IMG/VR virus record: IMGVR_UViG_3300044728_000115
Span: 1 to 48,675 of that record
Length of the DNA stretch: 48,675 bases
Origin: a virus
Lineage: Duplodnaviria > Caudoviricetes
Reading direction: 5' to 3' (one strand)
Below are positions 44,652 through 48,675 of the stretch, piece by piece. Made by a program: the position numbers and the translations under genes. A model generated the notes under the pieces. It was not told where the DNA came from. It did no database searches and saw only the letters and a program-made list of their open reading frames with translations. Numbering within the stretch: the first letter of the stretch is position 1; the number at the start of each line of letters is the position of its first letter.

Positions 44652-44937
44652 TCCGAAATACCTTGCATGGCTCCGCAGGCAACGCTGCGCCTGCGGATGC
44701 CTGCAAGCCCCACCCTGCGACGCCGCGCATCTGCGCTCGCGCTCGCTGAAGTACGACAAGGAAAGCGGCTCAGGCAAACCGGATGACCGGTGGGCGCTGC
44801 CGCTGAAGCACGACCACCACATGGCGCAACATCGCTGCAATGAGCTGCAGTGGTGGCGCGACCATGGCGTGAAGGACCCCTTCGCGCTCTGCATCGAACA
44901 CTATCAACGCTACCTGAAGGAGCAAGAACATGACTGA
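44620..44937 (+). CDS. DUF968/HNH-like putative nuclease
   Basis: KYLAWLRRQRCACGC...DAAHLR...KPDDRWALPL...HH..QH. Confidence 0.75.
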   Translation: MLRQRRPRLLDPKYLAWLRRQRCACGCLQAPPCDAAHLRSRSLKYDKESGSGKPDDRWALPLKHDHHMAQHRCNELQWWRDHGVKDPFALCIEHYQRYLKEQEHD

Positions 44938-45325
44938 ACCGACACCGCTGGCTCGCCGTCACGCGACTGAACTTGAGCAGCTGGAGCGCACCATCCGTTC
45001 AACCCCGATGCCTGAACAGGTGGACCGGGACATCCGCAAGCCGCGCATTGACGAGCTTGGCCGCATGTCGGCTGAGGCCGTGCTTGCCCAGTACGAGGCG
45101 ACCGCGCAGGAGGTCGAAAAGATGGGTGATACCGTCAAGGACAGCGTCAAGAAACTTGGTCAGGCCCTGATTGAGTGCGACAACGACATGAAGGTGGTCA
45201 TGGAGACTGCCTCTGCGATCCGCGACAAGGGCAAGCACAACGAAGCCCTGATCGCGCGCATCAGTGACATGTCGAAGGTCATTCGCGAGGCGTGTTCCGC
45301 GTTCAAGAAGCAGATGGAGGGGTGA
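44930..45325 (+). CDS. Coiled-coil hypothetical protein
   Basis: RBS AAGGAG; helical heptads. Confidence 0.65.
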   Translation: MTEPTPLARRHATELEQLERTIRSTPMPEQVDRDIRKPRIDELGRMSAEAVLAQYEATAQEVEKMGDTVKDSVKKLGQALIECDNDMKVVMETASAIRDKGKHNEALIARISDMSKVIREACSAFKKQMEG

Positions 45326-45502
45326 TTGGCCGATCCGAAGCTGATTGACATTGCCGCTGAGGTGCGTGGCGAGACCGACAAGGCATTCCGCCTGACGGAC
45401 GGGGCAACCACGGAGTGGGTGCCCAAGTCGCAGGTGGAGGACAACGGTGACGGCACGTTCACGATGCCCGAGTGGCTTGCCAAGGATAAGGGGTTCATCT
45501 GA
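45326..45502 (+). CDS. Small beta-barrel phage protein (58 aa)
   Basis: Manual translation MADPKLIDIAAEVRGETDKAFRLTDGATTEWVPKSQVEDNGDGTFTMPEWLAKDKGFI; W.PKSQ...MPEWLA.KG motif. Confidence 0.7.
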   Translation: MADPKLIDIAAEVRGETDKAFRLTDGATTEWVPKSQVEDNGDGTFTMPEWLAKDKGFI

Positions 45503-45717
45503 TGCCTGCATACCAGAAGTACGTGGTGCTTGAAGAGGCTGAGCTGGTCTGCCGGATGGCAGAGGCGTTCGCGCAGACCGTTCGTCCATCTGGCATGACA
45601 GCCGACGAAGCTGTGGCGAACATGCCACCTGAAATGCGTGCTGACTGGTTGCGGGTGTCCAGAGCCGTTAGAGCCTATTGGGAGGAGTGCTGCGACGGTG
45701 CAGCAACCATCCAATGA
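45502..45717 (+). CDS. Hypothetical protein
   Basis: TGATG coupling. Confidence 0.55.
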   Translation: MPAYQKYVVLEEAELVCRMAEAFAQTVRPSGMTADEAVANMPPEMRADWLRVSRAVRAYWEECCDGAATIQ

Positions 45718-46106
45718 GGCGCGTGTACATGGTGGCGTTGGCGGCTGTTGCCGTCCTCCCGCCATTGCTGGCATGGGCGGTGCGGGGTAGCCCCCCTGCC
45801 CCACCGCCGCCCATCGTCACGCTGGATGACCGCTGGGGTGACCTGCCTGCCCTCAAGAAGCAGGACCAGTGGTCGCCCCTCCCTAAGACGGTGCGGACTG
45901 TCCCGATTGTCATGACGAAGACGGTCGAGGAGGTGACTGGACCCTACGTGGCGTTACCGCCTGAAGCTGCAGAACCCGTTCGGCGTCTGCAACCTACTCG
46001 CCAGCGTGTAGCCGACACTCGCGAGCGTGTGCGCGACGTCTGCGCGCGTCATCACCTCAGGAAGATCGTGACCCGTGGCGGCAAGTCGTGGCGATGCGGA
46101 CGCTGA
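45714..46106 (+). CDS. Membrane-anchored/secreted protein
   Basis: MRRVYMVALAAVAVLPPLLAW; C-terminal DVCARHHLRK...GGKSWRC. Confidence 0.6.
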   Translation: MRRVYMVALAAVAVLPPLLAWAVRGSPPAPPPPIVTLDDRWGDLPALKKQDQWSPLPKTVRTVPIVMTKTVEEVTGPYVALPPEAAEPVRRLQPTRQRVADTRERVRDVCARHHLRKIVTRGGKSWRCGR

Positions 46107-46113
46107 CCTTTCA

Positions 46114-46290
46114 ATGACTTGCAACACTCCACCAGCAACACGACCGGCCTTGAGGTGCGTCAGGTGCCTTGAGCGCGAGCGTCGCGCGCCGTGGACCCTG
46201 TGCGGCGTCTGCCGGGGTCGGCTCCAGTCCGCCGCCAACAAGAAGGGCTGGAGGACCCGGAAAAAGATGGCCAAAGCCCACCCAAAATGA
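46114..46290 (+). CDS. Small zinc-finger basic protein
   Basis: CVRC...LCGVC then a basic tail. Confidence 0.4.
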   Translation: MTCNTPPATRPALRCVRCLERERRAPWTLCGVCRGRLQSAANKKGWRTRKKMAKAHPK

Positions 46291-46388
46291 CCCCCGCCAG
46301 CGCCCAGCCGTGGCGCTCCAGTGGCCTCGCCGGTCTCCCGGCCATATCCCCCCAGCCAGCACCCTAAAGCGCCCCAGCGTGGCCCCGC

Positions 46389-46559
46389 TCAGCGCCGCAG
46401 CGGTGCCCCGAACGCCTGCCAGCCCAACAGGCCGAACAGGACGAACAGCAGCAAGGTTGATGCCCCCGCCCAGAGGCCGCTGACCATGCCGAAGTGGACC
46501 AGCCCTCCGAAGACCAGCCAGATCAGCATGATGATCCAGAACGCGAGACCGAGGCTCAT
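46389..46559 (-). CDS. Small two-TM membrane protein (holin candidate)
   Basis: Manual translation MSLGLAFWIIMLIWLVFGGLVHFGMVSGLWAGASTLLLFVLFGLLGWQAFGAPLRR*; ATGA-coupled to the endolysin. Confidence 0.65.
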   Translation of the reverse strand: MSLGLAFWIIMLIWLVFGGLVHFGMVSGLWAGASTLLLFVLFGLLGWQAFGAPLRR

Positions 46560-47614
46560 GATTTTGCTCCATGAATTAGATCGCCGTTGACGTAGATGTT
46601 CACCTCGCCAGCGACCTCGATGTTAATTGTTGGGACTGAAATTGAGGGTGGCGGCAGCTCCTCCGTGGGCGGGTCAATCACCTCCCCATCCATCTCGCCG
46701 CCCAGCACGACTGCGATGGCGTCGATGATCTGGCCGAACTGGTCCTCGTAGATGTCGGCGTCGGCCTCGCTGTCAACGAAGCACACCTCCAGCAGGATCG
46801 CTGGTTCCTCCGTGTTGTTGAGGAAATACAGGTCTGACCGCTTCTTCGCGCCGCGATTGATGAACCCGCAGCTCGCGATGGCTGCGCTGACCTCAGCCGC
46901 CAGCGCCTGCTGCGTGATGTACAGGACCTCGACCCCCATGGGCTTGGAGACCTGCTCGTAGGCGTTGAAGTGGACGGAGACGTCCAGATCGCGCTCATGC
47001 TTGTTGTGCGCTGCGGTGATGGTCGAGAGGTTCGTGGACTGATCCTTCGACGTGTCGTCGTGGAAGGTCACCACGTCCACACCGCGCGCTGCCAATGCCT
47101 CTGCGAGGGCATCGACCACCTTGCGCGCCTCATCCACCTCATCAAGGATGCCGCTGGCCCCGCGCACGTACTTGCCGTGGCCGCTCGAAATCACGATGCG
47201 CTCGTAAGTCATTGAAACCTCCTGTTTGTCGGGGATGATCACCTCGACCTCGTCGTCTGTTTCTATTCCCAGTGCCTGCATCAGACCGGGGGAGATGTCC
47301 GCGACCCTGCCGGTGTCCACGTGAGGACCCCAGTCCGCGCACCACGCCTCAATCTCCCTGTCATTGGCCCTGACCTTGACCACCATCCCGCAGAGCGTGG
47401 TCTTGGGGTGGGTGTCGTAGTTCCATCGGCATGCGATGTAGAACTGCTCTGGATCGAGCCGTCGCGCGAGACCTGTCGTGCCCGGTGGCTGCTTGTCGAG
47501 GAACAGCTGCGGGCAGTCCTCGACCTCGTAGATGAATGCCAGCCCCTCGCTTGGCGACACCCCGGTGTCGTCGGGTCCTCCGAACCAGCTGACCTTGCCT
47601 TTGAGGGTGCTCAT
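46556..47614 (-). CDS. Endolysin: RlpA/DPBB-like domain fused to N-acetylmuramoyl-L-alanine amidase (Amidase_3)
   Basis: ADWGP...GRVADISPG(L)..ALG (DPBB); IVISSGHG..E, VSVHFNA, GVEVLY, PAILLEVCFVDS (amidase zinc ligands). Confidence 0.88.
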   Translation of the reverse strand: MSTLKGKVSWFGGPDDTGVSPSEGLAFIYEVEDCPQLFLDKQPPGTTGLARRLDPEQFYIACRWNYDTHPKTTLCGMVVKVRANDREIEAWCADWGPHVDTGRVADISPGLMQALGIETDDEVEVIIPDKQEVSMTYERIVISSGHGKYVRGASGILDEVDEARKVVDALAEALAARGVDVVTFHDDTSKDQSTNLSTITAAHNKHERDLDVSVHFNAYEQVSKPMGVEVLYITQQALAAEVSAAIASCGFINRGAKKRSDLYFLNNTEEPAILLEVCFVDSEADADIYEDQFGQIIDAIAVVLGGEMDGEVIDPPTEELPPPSISVPTINIEVAGEVNIYVNGDLIHGAKS

Positions 47615-47841
47615 GTCTTTGGCCCCTGCTTGCAGTCGCGGATGTCCTTGACCATCTGCGCGATCAGGTCGGTCTGGTTTTTGTTCCGCTCCGCTGCATT
47701 GCTCGCGACCTCGCCCAGCACGTAGGCGGCGAACGCGAGAAACCCGATGTTGACGACCAGCAGCGCGATGGCGAGCGGCACCGACCGCATCGCCTCGACT
47801 GTCGTGCTGGCAACCTTTCCAACCTGCTCTGGGAGGGTCAT
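47611..47841 (-). CDS. Single-TM lysis-cluster protein
   Basis: PLAIALLVVNIGFLAFAAYVL transmembrane segment; coupled to the endolysin. Confidence 0.65.
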   Translation of the reverse strand: MTLPEQVGKVASTTVEAMRSVPLAIALLVVNIGFLAFAAYVLGEVASNAAERNKNQTDLIAQMVKDIRDCKQGPKT

Positions 47842-48143
47842 GGCCTATCCTTCTGCGGTGAGATGTGCAGCTCGCGCGTCATGACGTCCACGATACGCTC
47901 GATGCTGCGCTCGTTCTTTGCGATTTCCTGCTGCAGCTTGGCGATGGACAGTTTCATCTCTTCCATCCTCAGCACGGTGTATTCAGCGCCGCGCGTTTCC
48001 ATCGTGTGGACGCGCGTCTCCAGCTTCACCATGTACGCGAAGCCGCTCGCGGCTCCAGCGCCGATGATCATCAGCTGTCCGAACAGAAAGATGATCAGCG
48101 CCGTCTGGTGCTCGCTGACCCAGCCCTTGACCCGGTCGTTCAC
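47838..48143 (-). CDS. TM + coiled-coil protein (holin/spanin-like)
   Basis: ALIIFLFGQLMIIGAGAASGFAY transmembrane segment then heptads. Confidence 0.6.
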   Translation of the reverse strand: MNDRVKGWVSEHQTALIIFLFGQLMIIGAGAASGFAYMVKLETRVHTMETRGAEYTVLRMEEMKLSIAKLQQEIAKNERSIERIVDVMTRELHISPQKDRP

Positions 48144-48236
48144 GGTCCACCCTATTGGACCCGCCTCTGATTGCCGCAGCGATCCGCCTCGCCGCCTCGC
48201 CCATCATACGCCTGCGTTCCTCGCAGCCCTTGCACA

Positions 48237-48675
48237 TCAGCGTGTTGCTTCCAAAGCCTCGATGCGTGCGTGCAATTCCTTGATGCAGTTTACCAGAGCA
48301 AACACCAATGGTGAGGTATCAATCGTCCTGAAGTCCTCGACCTGCTGTCCGTCGATCCAGCCGGGTCCAGACTTGACCAGCTCGGGCATCGGCACCTCTG
48401 CCGCCTGCGCGATCAGTCCGATCCACTGCTTCTCTGCAGCCTCCTTCGCAATGCGCGCCGCCATTGCCTTGTGCTCGTCGGACTTCTCCTCCTGCGCCTC
48501 CGCTTCTGGTGCCTTGTCGTTGCCCTTGTAGCTGTAGATCACCGGAGCCAACTGCAGCACCTCGGACAGGCCCGCCTGATAGTCGCCGTGGACAGTCTTG
48601 ACGCGCGCATCCGAATTGCTTGCCCACGCGCCGCCGCCAGCCTTCCACGCATTCCCGCCCGTGTCGAAATCGTAA
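48237..48675 (-). CDS. Tail fibre/spike C-terminal intramolecular chaperone (Peptidase S74); 5' part outside the window
   Basis: Manual extension ...AWKAGGGAWASNSDARVKTVHGDYQAGLSEVLQLAPVIYSYKGN...IGLIAQ..E..MPELV...LVNCIKEL.ARIEALE. Confidence 0.88.
   Translation of the reverse strand, partial: YDFDTGGNAWKAGGGAWASNSDARVKTVHGDYQAGLSEVLQLAPVIYSYKGNDKAPEAEAQEEKSDEHKAMAARIAKEAAEKQWIGLIAQAAEVPMPELVKSGPGWIDGQQVEDFRTIDTSPLVFALVNCIKELHARIEALEATR

Noticed and set aside
47983-48237. ORF MCKGCEERRR... coupled to the tail fibre stop
   Set aside because: Plausible start, but two-thirds overlaps the next TM gene and there is no other support.

Overview
The window is most of a GC-rich tailed phage genome with a contractile Mu-like tail and a lambda-like head. 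Both ends fall inside the tail operon (baseplate gp46 on the left, a tail-fibre S74 chaperone domain on the right), so it looks circularly permuted with baseplate J/I and most of the fibre missing. A GcrA homologue and a rhizobial-type SqdB point to an alphaproteobacterial host (inference). Minus strand 1-19.6 kb: baseplate, tape measure, tail tube and sheath, capsid, Clp-type protease, portal, GpA terminase. Plus strand 20-26.7 kb: accessory operon with an amidoligase, two gamma-glutamylcyclotransferases and small genes. Minus strand 26.7-30.4 kb: a coupled cassette of GREB1/TAGT-like glycosyltransferase, UDP-sulfoquinovose synthase (sqdB) and NDP-sugar epimerase, behind a cos-like site. Minus strand 31-38.9 kb: helicase, primase, RuvC, GcrA, Cro. 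Plus strand 39-46.3 kb: DUF932, RecE/RecT-like recombination genes. Minus strand 46.4-48.7 kb: lysis genes. The best candidate for an undescribed system is phage-encoded sulfoquinovosylation of DNA or virion protein; two more glycosyltransferase-like genes lie between tail sheath and tube. No integrase, CI, tRNA or CRISPR was recognised. All family calls come from motif recognition by eye, not database searches.
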